A DNA stretch of 64,000 nt from Arenicellales bacterium (GTDB taxonomy: Bacteria > Pseudomonadota > Gammaproteobacteria > Arenicellales > JAJDZL01). The DNA is taken from contig CBDCPT010000001.1 of assembly GCA_965220395.1 (NCBI GenBank), forward strand, positions 1,652,933 through 1,716,932. The letters are read 5' to 3'. A program made the translations under genes and the position numbers. Below are positions 37,269 through 46,994 of the stretch, piece by piece (position 1 is the first letter of the stretch; each line of letters begins with the position of its first letter). The notes under the pieces are model-generated. The model was not told the DNA's origin. It saw only the letters and a list, made by a program, of their open reading frames with translations, and made no database searches.

Positions 37269-38208
37269 CCCTAAAGAAGCTCAGGCAATCCTGAAATCTC
37301 TAGGGATGCCACCAGCTCAGCACAATAGAATGTCCGGTCTGACACTTATCGCTCTGTGCGGAATGACACCTGAGTCCTCATGGTCTGAAGCAGAACGGAA
37401 ACGATGCACAGTAACCAAGGGAATTATGGATTATCTTAAGGATAACTACGGTACTGAATACGCACCCAACACTAGGGAGACATTCCGTCGGCACGTGCTC
37501 CATCAATTCATTCAAGGACGAATTGCGGACCTAAACCCATTTGAGCCTGGACTTTCGACAAACAGTCCGAATGCCCACTATGCTGTAACCGAGGCTGCAT
37601 TACGGGTTGTTCAGTCTTATGGCACGAAGAACTGGAATACGGAGGTAGAAAATTTTCTCCACATTCAAGGTTCCCTGTTAAAAAATTATCAGCAACAAAG
37701 GGACTATATCATGGTTCCTATACGGCTGCCTGAAAATCAGGAACTTCGGTTATCTCCCGGCCCGCACAATGAGTTACAGAAATCTATTGTTGAGGAGTTC
37801 GGTCCTCGTTTCGCACCGGGTGCACAACTTCTGTATTTGGGGGATACAGCAAAGAAAGATCTATTAGTTGCTAGGGAAATTTTGACTAGTATTGGTATAT
37901 CGATAACAAGTCATGACAAGGTACCAGATGTTGTGCTCTTTGATGATGCTCGGAATTGGCTATTTTTAATTGAAGCGGTCACGTCACACGGCCCCATGTC
38001 GCCAATGCGCGTAGCCGAGCTGAAGCGAATGTTGGGTGAGTGTTCCGCGAGCGTTGTCTACGTCAGTGCCTTTCCGGATATTTCCGAGTTCCGGAGGCAT
38101 TTGCTTGATATCGCTTGGGAGACGGAGGTTTGGATCAGCGATTCACCAGACCACATGATTCATTACGATGGAGATCGATTTCTGGGGCCGACGAGTGAGT
38201 TTGAATAA
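37261..38208 (+). CDS. BsuBI/PstI-family type II restriction endonuclease
   Basis: ILKSLGMPPAQHN..., YAPNTRETFRRHVLHQF and NPFEPGLSTNSPNAHY follow the BsuBI/PstI family pattern as I recall it. Confidence 0.75.
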   Translation: MASPKEAQAILKSLGMPPAQHNRMSGLTLIALCGMTPESSWSEAERKRCTVTKGIMDYLKDNYGTEYAPNTRETFRRHVLHQFIQGRIADLNPFEPGLSTNSPNAHYAVTEAALRVVQSYGTKNWNTEVENFLHIQGSLLKNYQQQRDYIMVPIRLPENQELRLSPGPHNELQKSIVEEFGPRFAPGAQLLYLGDTAKKDLLVAREILTSIGISITSHDKVPDVVLFDDARNWLFLIEAVTSHGPMSPMRVAELKRMLGECSASVVYVSAFPDISEFRRHLLDIAWETEVWISDSPDHMIHYDGDRFLGPTSEFE

Positions 38209-38248
38209 TCTACTCATGCTGTAAAAAAATCAGAAAAAATCTCCATAG

Positions 38249-39484
38249 TTATCGAATGTTCCAGTCACGAGTCAGCGGGGGGGGGGGGGGGGCAACAACT
38301 TCAACCCAATGCTTGACCGGTACTGCTGAACTTGAGGCCAAATGCATCAAGCACCCAATATTCGCCGTTACAATCTGATCCGGTTGCCCACGTTCCAACG
38401 CAGCAATCTTGTTCTTCAATAACTGGCCTGACAGCTCACTCTGTAAAACCGAGTAAACTCCAGCAGACCCACAACACATATGCGCATCTTCCACGTAAGT
38501 GGTTTCAATCCCATATTCACTCAATATTTTTTCTACCGAATTGACTATTTTTTGTCCATGCTGAAGTGTGCAGGGTGAATGAATCGCCACTTTAGTGGGC
38601 AGGTCGTGAGTCGTTGATACCTCGGCACTTCTCTCGACTTCCGAAATATCGATCGCGAGCGATGCAATTTTATCCGCTTTTTCAGCATAGTCCTGATCCT
38701 CTTTCAACAACGTGCCATACTCCTTTATCGTCACGCCACATCCGCTTGCGGTAGAAACAATCGCTTCCGCTCCCTTTTGTATATGCGGCCACCATGCGTC
38801 GATGTTTTTTTGAGCTTGCCCGGCAAAAAAATCGCGATTGCCCAGATGCAGGCCCAAGGCACCACAACAGGCATCGTTCGTACGAATCGCAGAAATTGAC
38901 TGACCGTTCAAATAGCGGGCCGCCGCAACGTTGATTGCCGGCTTTGTGACTCTTTGGATGCAACCCTGATGAATGATCATTTTTCGGCTGTGCTTGACCT
39001 TTGGCCAAGGCTTGCTTTTTTCCTTCGGTGGAATTTTCCCACCGAGGGCCGCCGGTAACAACGACCGCAATAAACGTGCCAGACACAGGGAAATTCGTGT
39101 CAGCAATTCATTCGGTACAATTAGAAGGATTGAATTTCTGACCAATCGTTCTGAAAACGTACGCGGTACACGCTGTTCGACGACTTCCCGTCCGATTTCC
39201 AATAATTGTCCGTAGCGAACTCCAGAAGGACAGGTTGTCTCGCATGATCTGCAAGTCAGACACCGGTCCAGGTGCAGTTGAGTACGCTGAGTAGGTTCAG
39301 AGCCTTCCAAAACCTGCTTGATGAGATAAATACGCCCTCGCGGACCATCCAATTCATTGCCAAGCAACTGGTATGTCGGGCACGTAGCGGAGCAAAAGCC
39401 GCAATGAACGCACTTGCGCAGAATGGAATCTGCGATTTGTCCATTCGGTGTTTCACGGATGAAATCGGCTAGTTCTGTCTGCAT
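38249..39484 (-). CDS. glcF: Glycolate oxidase iron-sulfur subunit GlcF (start reassigned to MQTELADF)
   Basis: CVHCGFCSATCPTY and CLTCRSCETTCPSG ferredoxin-type clusters, plus two CCG-type Cys-rich regions. It follows glcD and glcE. Confidence 0.88.
   Translation of the reverse strand: MQTELADFIRETPNGQIADSILRKCVHCGFCSATCPTYQLLGNELDGPRGRIYLIKQVLEGSEPTQRTQLHLDRCLTCRSCETTCPSGVRYGQLLEIGREVVEQRVPRTFSERLVRNSILLIVPNELLTRISLCLARLLRSLLPAALGGKIPPKEKSKPWPKVKHSRKMIIHQGCIQRVTKPAINVAAARYLNGQSISAIRTNDACCGALGLHLGNRDFFAGQAQKNIDAWWPHIQKGAEAIVSTASGCGVTIKEYGTLLKEDQDYAEKADKIASLAIDISEVERSAEVSTTHDLPTKVAIHSPCTLQHGQKIVNSVEKILSEYGIETTYVEDAHMCCGSAGVYSVLQSELSGQLLKNKIAALERGQPDQIVTANIGCLMHLASSSAVPVKHWVEVVAPPPPPLTRDWNIR
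38277..38292. repeat. Homopolymeric G16 tract (C16 on the glcF coding strand)
   Basis: Counted directly: G at 38277-38292. It encodes the APPPPP tail of the glcF ORF and lies 69 nt past the REase stop. Confidence 0.95.
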
Positions 39485-39507
39485 CCTATTAGAGGCTTTG
39501 GGATAAA

Positions 39508-40617
39508 TTAGACATCGGCATACATAATTCCTGGATTTAGAATTCCTGCTGGGTCGAACGCCGACTTGAGACGAGCATGGATGCCTGCCACTGGATCGAA
39601 GAGCTGACTGAACCGATCTGTCGGCCAGTGCGCATCGGAACGAAACATGGTTGCGTGACCACCGGCCTGCTTTGCAGCCATAAAGACCGAGTCTGTGGGC
39701 TGGTCCGTATAAACCCATCGCAATGCGCCGCCCCAATCGATCAGGCAGTCATCTGCAAATGGCAGACGAGGGGTTGTCGCAGGCACGGACAGTCGCCACA
39801 ACGGCTGGTTGCGATTGAAATATCTGAGCTGCTGCTCTCTCAGCTGAAGCCAGTATTCTTCACCGCTGCCATCAATTTCTCCGCCGACTACTGCCTGCGC
39901 AGCCTGAATTCCGTTTTCGGTTCCTGACAGACGCACTCGCAACAGACCTTGGCAATAACTCATTGCGGAAATAGGCAAGGAAAATCCAGCTAACCTCACC
40001 ATTTCCTGGCATGCGCCTGTTTCATCCATCTCGCGCATTCGCGTCATCTCAAGCTCGAATTTCGGCAGCACTTTCAAGGAAATTTCGCATAGAACACCGA
40101 GCGACCCAAGCGCCCCGACCATCAGCCGCGAAACATCATATCCGGCAACATTCTTGATGACTTGCCCGCCAAATGCCAGAAATTCACCCTTTCCGTTGAC
40201 GCATTTGATGCCTAACACAAAATCTCGAGCGGATCCCGCAAAAGGCCGTCGAGGACCGGAGAAACCACAGGCGATTGTGCCGCCCAAAGTTGCATCCTTG
40301 CCGAAAAACGGAGGCTCGAACCCGAGCATCTGTTCGGATTCAGATAGCGTCTCGGTAATTTCGGAAAGTCTAGTCCCGGCTCTCGCCGTGAGCACAAGTT
40401 CAGACGGCTCGTATGACAGAATTCCTGCATGCTTCGATACATCCAGCACCGTAGCCACGATTGAATGTCCGAAAAAGAACTTGCTTCCGGAACCCCTTAT
40501 TCTGAGAGGCTGTGAGTTTCCATGGGCAAACTGGATGGCTTCAACAAGTTGCCCGGTTTCGTCAGCACCAGTCAACTCAGAATCTCTCCAGATTGCTGAA
40601 CGGCAAGTTGCCTCCAT
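39508..40617 (-). CDS. glcE: Glycolate oxidase FAD-binding subunit GlcE (start approximate)
   Basis: LRIRGSGSKFFFG, VLDVSKHAGILSYEPSELVLTARAGT, FAD-binding PCMH-type pattern. It lies between glcD and glcF. Confidence 0.8.
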   Translation of the reverse strand: MEATCRSAIWRDSELTGADETGQLVEAIQFAHGNSQPLRIRGSGSKFFFGHSIVATVLDVSKHAGILSYEPSELVLTARAGTRLSEITETLSESEQMLGFEPPFFGKDATLGGTIACGFSGPRRPFAGSARDFVLGIKCVNGKGEFLAFGGQVIKNVAGYDVSRLMVGALGSLGVLCEISLKVLPKFELEMTRMREMDETGACQEMVRLAGFSLPISAMSYCQGLLRVRLSGTENGIQAAQAVVGGEIDGSGEEYWLQLREQQLRYFNRNQPLWRLSVPATTPRLPFADDCLIDWGGALRWVYTDQPTDSVFMAAKQAGGHATMFRSDAHWPTDRFSQLFDPVAGIHARLKSAFDPAGILNPGIMYADV

Positions 40618-42109
40618 GGACGTGCATCGAGTTGAACTCGGCACAACGAGCCAGAGTTGGAACCGCTTTGCCTGGATTCAGCAGTGTTTCTGGATCCCAG
40701 GCAGCCTTCACTGCATGAAACTGATCTAACACGGCATCCTCGAACTGCAAACACATCGGACGCAGTTTTTCCACACCTACACCGTGTTCTCCGGTTACCG
40801 TACCCCCGACTTCAACACACAGTTCAAGGATGCGATTGCCCAGTTCTTCTGTTTGCTCCAGCTCTCCGGGTTTGTTTGCATCGTAAAGAATAAGCGGATG
40901 CAGATTGCCGTCTCCTGCATGAAATACATTCGCCACACGTAGCTTGTATTGATTAGACAACTCATTGATTTTAATCAGAACCTCACCGAGCTCGCGGCGT
41001 GGAATGGTTCCGTCAATGCAATAGTAATCGGGGGAAATCCGCCCAACTGCCGGAAAAGCGGCCTTTCGGCCTGACCAGAATCGCTGACGCGCCTGTTCAT
41101 CTCTGGCCACCCAGGTATTCGCCGCACCCTGATCACGCAAGATTCGCTCAACTTTGTCAATCTGATCTCGCACTTCTTCCGCTGTTCCGTCCAGTTCACA
41201 CAGCAAAATTGCAGCAGCATCCACCGGATATCCCGCATGAACGAAGTCTTCAGCCGCCTGTATCGCGTAGCGATCCATCATTTCCAGACCGGCGGGCAGA
41301 ATTCCGGCACCGATGATGGCTGCAACGGACTGCCCTGCTCTTTCAATATCGTCAAAAGACGCCATTACGACTTGTGCCGATGGCGGAATTGGAAGCAATT
41401 TGACCAGAACTTCAACGACGACGCCCAACATGCCTTCCGAACCGGTCATCAAGGCGAGCAGATCATATCCGGGCGAATCAAGCGCCTCACCACCGACGGT
41501 CAACAATTCACCGTCAATCGTCACCACCTGCAGCTGTAGAATATTGTGCACTGTCAGACCGTATTTCAGACAATGAACGCCGCCGGAGTTTTCGGCGACA
41601 TTGCCACCGATGGAACATGCAATCTGCGAAGATGGATCCGGAGCATAGTACAAACCCAGGTGCCGAACTGCTTCGGAAATAGCAAGATTTCTTACGCCTG
41701 GCTGAACGCGAGCGGTTCTTGCGGGAGCATTGATCTCTAAAATTTTGCTCATGCGAGTGAGGCTCAGCAAAACACCGTCCGGCAATGGCAATGCTCCGCC
41801 GGAAAGACCGGTTCCGGCACCTCGCGTCACGACCGGTACCGAGTTCTCTGAACACGCTTTCATAATTCTCTGCACTTCCTCAATTGTGGACGGCAGAACA
41901 ACCATCAGCGGCAGTTCTCGATAGGCGGTAAGACCGTCACATTCAAACGGGCGTAACGCCTCTTCTTCGGTGATCACCGCATCCGCACCGACAATGCTGC
42001 GCAGCTCCTGCGCGAGCTTGATGTTTGAACTTTTTTCCCCTTTTTTAGGTGTCATTTCAGCATAGAGTTCTCTTAAGATGGATGCCTTACCATTATAGCC
42101 AACCATCAA
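40577..42109 (-). CDS. glcD: Glycolate oxidase subunit GlcD (FAD-linked oxidase)
   Basis: Long stretches match E. coli GlcD from memory (VVTRGAGTGLSGGALP, YYAPDPSSQIACSIGGNVAENSGGVHCLKYGLTVHN, NVFHAGDGNLHPLIL). Confidence 0.92.
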   Translation of the reverse strand: MMVGYNGKASILRELYAEMTPKKGEKSSNIKLAQELRSIVGADAVITEEEALRPFECDGLTAYRELPLMVVLPSTIEEVQRIMKACSENSVPVVTRGAGTGLSGGALPLPDGVLLSLTRMSKILEINAPARTARVQPGVRNLAISEAVRHLGLYYAPDPSSQIACSIGGNVAENSGGVHCLKYGLTVHNILQLQVVTIDGELLTVGGEALDSPGYDLLALMTGSEGMLGVVVEVLVKLLPIPPSAQVVMASFDDIERAGQSVAAIIGAGILPAGLEMMDRYAIQAAEDFVHAGYPVDAAAILLCELDGTAEEVRDQIDKVERILRDQGAANTWVARDEQARQRFWSGRKAAFPAVGRISPDYYCIDGTIPRRELGEVLIKINELSNQYKLRVANVFHAGDGNLHPLILYDANKPGELEQTEELGNRILELCVEVGGTVTGEHGVGVEKLRPMCLQFEDAVLDQFHAVKAAWDPETLLNPGKAVPTLARCAEFNSMHVHGGNLPFSNLERF

Positions 42110-42131
42110 GTATCATAGTGTTGTCGGACAG

Positions 42132-42785
42132 ATGGATGAACAAAAGATGAATCGACAATACACCTTAGCAGATCAGTTGATTTCGCATGCAGACAATATG
42201 TTGCGTACCCTGTTCGCATCGGCCGAACCCTCTAGGCCTTCTCCTGCCGATGAATCTAAAAAGCAGAATCTCTCCAACTGGGAGGAAGATGAAGCCAGGC
42301 GCTTGATGAGAGTCAATCATACTGGCGAAGTCTGCGCGCAGGCACTTTATCAAGGGCAGTCTCTGACTGCGCGTAATTCGGATCTGCGCCAAACTTTTCA
42401 GCAAGCGGCCGATGAAGAAAACGACCATCTGGCATGGTGTGAAGACCGAATCAAATCATTGAACGGCAGAACCAGCAGACTCAATCCAATTTTCTATGTC
42501 AGCTCTTACGCGATTGGTGCAATTGCCGGACTGCTGGGAGATCGAACCAGTGCAGCTTTCTTGGCTGAAACAGAATATCAGGTAGCCGAACACTTGGACC
42601 GGCATCTTCAGCGTCTGCCGGTATCGGATCGCAGCAGCCAAAAAGTTCTGAAACAAATGCGCGAGGACGAACTCAAGCATGCCAAATCAGCAGAACAAAG
42701 CGGAGCCGGGATATTGTCCGAACCCGCAAAGGGGCTCATGCGAGCCCTGTCGAAAGTGATGACTCGCTCGAGTTACTGGATCTAA
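42132..42785 (+). CDS. coq7: Demethoxyubiquinone hydroxylase Coq7 (di-iron carboxylate)
   Basis: RVNHTGEVCAQALYQGQ and EENDHLAWC are the repeated EXXH-type motifs. Confidence 0.85.
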   Translation: MDEQKMNRQYTLADQLISHADNMLRTLFASAEPSRPSPADESKKQNLSNWEEDEARRLMRVNHTGEVCAQALYQGQSLTARNSDLRQTFQQAADEENDHLAWCEDRIKSLNGRTSRLNPIFYVSSYAIGAIAGLLGDRTSAAFLAETEYQVAEHLDRHLQRLPVSDRSSQKVLKQMREDELKHAKSAEQSGAGILSEPAKGLMRALSKVMTRSSYWI

Positions 42786-42845
42786 ATCAGCCGAAAATTC
42801 CTGTCACTCGCAACAACGGTTCAGAATCTTTCCGAAAATTCGTTT

Positions 42846-44156
42846 CTACTCCTGTGGGACAGCGTGCAGATTTCCGTCTGTGCCAACATATTGCGCCCCA
42901 TCACTGCTATAAAAGCTTGTCAAGCCACTAGACTGAAGTGTCTCCAGCATGCAAGGAATTTTACGGTTCTCGGACCTGAGTCTAGCGACTACGTCGTCCG
43001 TTCCTAATGCATCGAGTAGCTCAAATGGTCCTTTGTTCCAGTTGAAACCCCAGCGCATGGCACGATCAACGTTGACGATATCGTTCGAGATATCGGGCAC
43101 TAGGTCAGCTGCATAGCATAGGGTTTCCGAAATCAGGCTCCAGGTGAATTTGCCTTCCGCGCCCGAATCAAACACCACAGAACGGGCATCTCCGCTAACC
43201 GATGCCCCGAGCGCCGACAGCCACGAACCGGATTCCGGTTCATACATTTCCTTGCGTCGAGTGCCGTCTTCATTTTTTAGCATGCGATAGAATCCCCCGC
43301 CACTTTTTCGTCCGAGCTGGCCCGCATCAAACATCGCCTGTTCTTCCAGCGGAAATTCGAGATAGTCTCTTCCAGCATCATTGTCGGGTAGATTTTCATT
43401 CAGATTGGCGGCAACCAGTTTCATCACATCCAGTCCGACCAGATCAATCAATCCATAGAGCCCGGTAGAGGGAATTCCGAGTGCGGCACTCATTAGCGCA
43501 TCCATTTTTTCAATCGACATTCCGTCAGCGCGCGCTTGACGGCCTTTGTGAAACCCCGCCAACATCCAGAAACATCCGATTCTATTGCCAATAAAATTCA
43601 CAGTATCCTTGGCATAGACAACACCTTTGCCAAGGCTGTTTCGGGCAAATGATCCCAAGGATTCGATGACATCAGCGGTAGTGTCTTCACCCGCAACCAG
43701 TTCCAGCAGTCGCATGACTTTAACGGGATTGAAGAAATGTGTGACCGCGACATCCTTGCGGAATTGCTCGGACATTCCTTCACAGATTGATCGAAGCGGA
43801 ATCCCGGAGGTGTTGGACGTTATGATTGAGTTCGGCCTTCGCACTTGATCCAGTCTGGAGAAAATCTGGCGCTTTGATTCAAGATTTTCGACAATCGCTT
43901 CGCATATCCAATCGGACTCTGCCGCAAGCGCGAGAGATTCATCAAATCCTCCAGTTGTAATTCGTTCTGCCGATTCAGGGTTGTCGAGCATGGGTGCTCT
44001 GCCGACCAGCATATTCTGCTTGCCGCGTTCCGCTAATTCCGGCGTAACATCCAGCAGATTCGTCTTGCAGCCTGCTTCGGCACAAACCGCTGCAATGCCG
44101 CTGCCCATGGTACCCGCACCTAGAACCGTTACTGATTGAATTTCTCGATTACTCAC
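42846..44156 (-). CDS. 3-hydroxyacyl-CoA dehydrogenase family protein
   Basis: VTVLGAGTMGSGIAAVCAEAG Rossmann motif, NTS...I and HFFNPV motifs. Confidence 0.8.
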   Translation of the reverse strand: MSNREIQSVTVLGAGTMGSGIAAVCAEAGCKTNLLDVTPELAERGKQNMLVGRAPMLDNPESAERITTGGFDESLALAAESDWICEAIVENLESKRQIFSRLDQVRRPNSIITSNTSGIPLRSICEGMSEQFRKDVAVTHFFNPVKVMRLLELVAGEDTTADVIESLGSFARNSLGKGVVYAKDTVNFIGNRIGCFWMLAGFHKGRQARADGMSIEKMDALMSAALGIPSTGLYGLIDLVGLDVMKLVAANLNENLPDNDAGRDYLEFPLEEQAMFDAGQLGRKSGGGFYRMLKNEDGTRRKEMYEPESGSWLSALGASVSGDARSVVFDSGAEGKFTWSLISETLCYAADLVPDISNDIVNVDRAMRWGFNWNKGPFELLDALGTDDVVARLRSENRKIPCMLETLQSSGLTSFYSSDGAQYVGTDGNLHAVPQE

Positions 44157-44202
44157 ATTTCACCCCATGAGTTATTAAGGCCTGCTAAACAGATACTGTC
44201 GT

Positions 44203-45426
44203 TTATGCCGATTCGGAGACAGGCCTCAGTGTTTCCCGAATCGGACTTTCGTTGATAGGCCAATGCAAAAGTGCCGCAATGATTCCAAGCGCCACGCAAA
44301 TCCACCAGACAACTTCATAAGACTGAGTGGCGTCAAACAGAATACCACCCATCCAAACACCCAGAAAACTGCCGATCTGGTGACCTAAGAATACAAATCC
44401 GAACAAAGTGCCAAGATAACGCGCACCAAAGACCTGACTGACAATGCCTGATGTCAAGGGTATGGTTGCGAGCCAGAGTATGCCCATACAGCTGGCAAAG
44501 ATCAATGCACTCGGCACCGAGGGTGGCAACATCACAAATACGGCGATGACAATCGCTCGTCCTAGATAAATAAAACTCAATATGCTCTTCTTTTTGAATA
44601 TGTTTCCCATATAGCCTGCAAGCAGCGTGCCCACGAGATTGAACAATCCAACCAACGACAATGCCCAAGCTCCAACGTTGCTCGACAGACCTATGTCCGT
44701 CAAGTAGGCAGGCAAGTGAATACCGATGAATGTAACTTGAAAACCACAAACGAAAAATCCGCTTGTTAAGAGAACGTAACCGGGATGCCGGGCGGCTTGG
44801 GACACGGCTGCCTTGAGCGTTTGTTCGGGTCCAGAAATTTTTGGTTTCCCAGACAGTACGAAAGATAACGGAATTACAAGCAGCATCACGCAACTTAGCA
44901 TGGCTATCGTACTGACCCAGCCGAACTGCAGTATCAGCGAATTGCCCAGCGGCACGAGAACAAACTGGCCTAATGAACCAGCTGCTGCACCGATTCCCAA
45001 AGCCATGGATCGCTGTCTTTCCGGTACCGCCCTGGCGATGACCGCCAAGACAATTGCAAATGTGGTGCCAGATAGTCCAAACCCGATCAAGGCGCCGTTG
45101 GCGATATAGAAGCCGAGCGGTGTTGATGAGACAATCATCAGTGCCAGACCAGCTACATAACAGATTCCACCGAGTAGAATGACTCTTCCGGAACCGAAAC
45201 GATCTGCAACCGCCCCGAAAATCGGCTGCGAGAATCCCCAGAACAGATTTTGGAGGGCTGCGGCAAAAGCGAATATACTTCGTCCCCAATCATACTGTTC
45301 GGTGATCGGTACGAGGAAAACACCCATCGTAGACCGAATACCAAAGCCAATAAATATGACGAGACACCCACAAACCACAATGATGAATGGATGAAGCCAA
45401 TTAAATCTCGGTTGATCTGAATCCAT
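44203..45426 (-). CDS. MFS transporter
   Basis: 407 aa, about 12 predicted TM helices, and DRFGSGRVIL-type loop 2-3 motif. Confidence 0.8.
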   Translation of the reverse strand: MDSDQPRFNWLHPFIIVVCGCLVIFIGFGIRSTMGVFLVPITEQYDWGRSIFAFAAALQNLFWGFSQPIFGAVADRFGSGRVILLGGICYVAGLALMIVSSTPLGFYIANGALIGFGLSGTTFAIVLAVIARAVPERQRSMALGIGAAAGSLGQFVLVPLGNSLILQFGWVSTIAMLSCVMLLVIPLSFVLSGKPKISGPEQTLKAAVSQAARHPGYVLLTSGFFVCGFQVTFIGIHLPAYLTDIGLSSNVGAWALSLVGLFNLVGTLLAGYMGNIFKKKSILSFIYLGRAIVIAVFVMLPPSVPSALIFASCMGILWLATIPLTSGIVSQVFGARYLGTLFGFVFLGHQIGSFLGVWMGGILFDATQSYEVVWWICVALGIIAALLHWPINESPIRETLRPVSESA

Positions 45427-45718
45427 CGAAAATACGTAAGAATCTGTTAATCAAGACTTCGTGAAGTCGCTCTCCAATTCTACTTGACGGTGGCAGACAG
45501 TGCAGAAATCAAAGCGAGTTCAATCGAAAGAGAATCTAGACGAAGGAGACAAACGGATTATATTCACCTTTCACAAATGCGGTTTGTGGAACTGAGGAAT
45601 TTGCACTAAAGAGATACTCTGGCAACGATTCCTGTCGAATCCTCGCCACAGGGTCAATCACCAGAATTACTGCGGTTTGCGCTCTTGATCCCTATCCTCT
45701 GGCCATGAGAAGCTTGAC

Positions 45719-46498
45719 TTATTCTATTGCATCCATCCACACTTTTTCTTCAATCCGTTTTGCCTCACCTTCCCTCACCCTGAAGAACATCAATTCTTCA
45801 TACAGGCAACCAGATGGACAATCACCCCAGGCTTTTCGAAACACAACAAACCATTCATTGTCGGATTTCACCATTCTGATATCGGAATGATCTCCCAACC
45901 ATGAATTCAGTTCCGCATATTCAACACCTGCGATCATGGAGTATTCAATTTGTGCCTGCAGAAGATTTACGGGAAACTTGAAGTACAAAATCACGGAATC
46001 AAACATTTTGTAGGGAAGTATTGCATGCACACCAAGCCTGCTGTTCAATGCATCAAATTCTTCGTTGCCAGTATGCAGTGTGATATATCGATTTCCGTCA
46101 TCAATCATTTCCGAGACTGACTCCAGCAATTCCGACGTCAATCCGATGATGAGCGTTGTCGGCTGATGACCTTCTTTCGCCGAGATTTCAACAGTGGCAG
46201 GGTGCATCTCTCGAACCAACTTTAGAACCTGCTCGATTTCAGAAATCAGAATGTTGCGCTTCTCGATATCAAATAGTAGGGCATCGCTTTGGTTGGTCAG
46301 GATCCGATCAGCTAAGACAGCTGATTCGGATTGTCCCGGAAATTCCAATGGTGACGACAGCACTTCAACCGATAGTCGGGTGTCGTCACTCGCAACAGAT
46401 ACGAAATTAATGCTGGCGATAGTACCAGCGAACAAAATCAGACAGCACAAGGCTGTCAAAAAAGTCGATCTATTCCAATCGTTTGCAATCACTCGCAT
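45719..46498 (-). CDS. Hypothetical exported or membrane-anchored protein
   Basis: An N-terminal hydrophobic segment (FLTALCCLILFAGTIASINFV). No family was recognised. Confidence 0.5.
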   Translation of the reverse strand: MRVIANDWNRSTFLTALCCLILFAGTIASINFVSVASDDTRLSVEVLSSPLEFPGQSESAVLADRILTNQSDALLFDIEKRNILISEIEQVLKLVREMHPATVEISAKEGHQPTTLIIGLTSELLESVSEMIDDGNRYITLHTGNEEFDALNSRLGVHAILPYKMFDSVILYFKFPVNLLQAQIEYSMIAGVEYAELNSWLGDHSDIRMVKSDNEWFVVFRKAWGDCPSGCLYEELMFFRVREGEAKRIEEKVWMDAIE

Positions 46499-46703
46499 TC
46501 CAATCCCTTCAGTTCCTTGAATACGCCGGCTTTCTTGATCGAATGTGTTTCAGCAACGCTGACTGAAACCGACCGCTCATCAGGATGCCTCGCCAATGGC
46601 AAAATCAGGCTTCACAAAATAAATAATTTCAACAAGGTCTGTAACCACGAACAGCCAATTCCAAAAAAATTGACAGGACTTGAAATATTGGCTTTCGCAA
46701 TAC

Positions 46704-46994
46704 TCACTCGCCATCTGTTGCTTCCCGGGCAACATGTTTGCGCAGTGCACGGTTAATATCGGTCTGGTAACCGCGTCCGTTACGGGCATGTATCCTGAAC
46801 CAATGCAATATGTCCGCATCCAGACGCAAAGTGATTTGTTGCTTCACCGGACGGTAGAATACACCTCGTTCAGCGTTTGACCATTCCAAATTTTCGAGGG
46901 CATCAGCAGTATCGATGTATTCATCGGGTAATGCTTCAAGCGCCTTCAACTCGATTTTTTGATTTTTCGTCAGTTTAGTACTTTCCTTCTTCAT
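46704..46994 (-). CDS. brnA: BrnA-family antitoxin (start reassigned to MKKEST)
   Basis: IDTADALENLEWSNAERGVFYRPVKQQITLRLDADILHWFR...GYQTDINRALRKHV matches the BrnA pattern. Its ATG overlaps the end of the brnT remnant. Confidence 0.75.
   Translation of the reverse strand: MKKESTKLTKNQKIELKALEALPDEYIDTADALENLEWSNAERGVFYRPVKQQITLRLDADILHWFRIHARNGRGYQTDINRALRKHVAREATDGE

Noticed and set aside
38277-38292. The G16 tract acting as a phase-variation switch for the adjacent R-M genes.
   Set aside because: It lies downstream of the REase stop and on the far side from the R-M promoters. Length changes would only alter the last codons of glcF. It is kept as a finding for other reasons (possible scar or assembly artifact).
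39485-39736. 84-codon N-terminal extension of the glcF ORF overlapping glcE.
   Set aside because: The extension is Arg/Ser/Cys-rich and overlaps the glcE 3' end. MQTELADF aligns with the normal GlcF start just before the first 4Fe-4S motif.
44333-45289. 318-aa ORF on the minus strand overlapping the MFS transporter gene in another frame.
   Set aside because: It lies entirely inside the 407-aa MFS ORF, which has a clear 12-TM pattern. Its Arg/Cys/Trp-rich composition is typical of an off-frame artifact.
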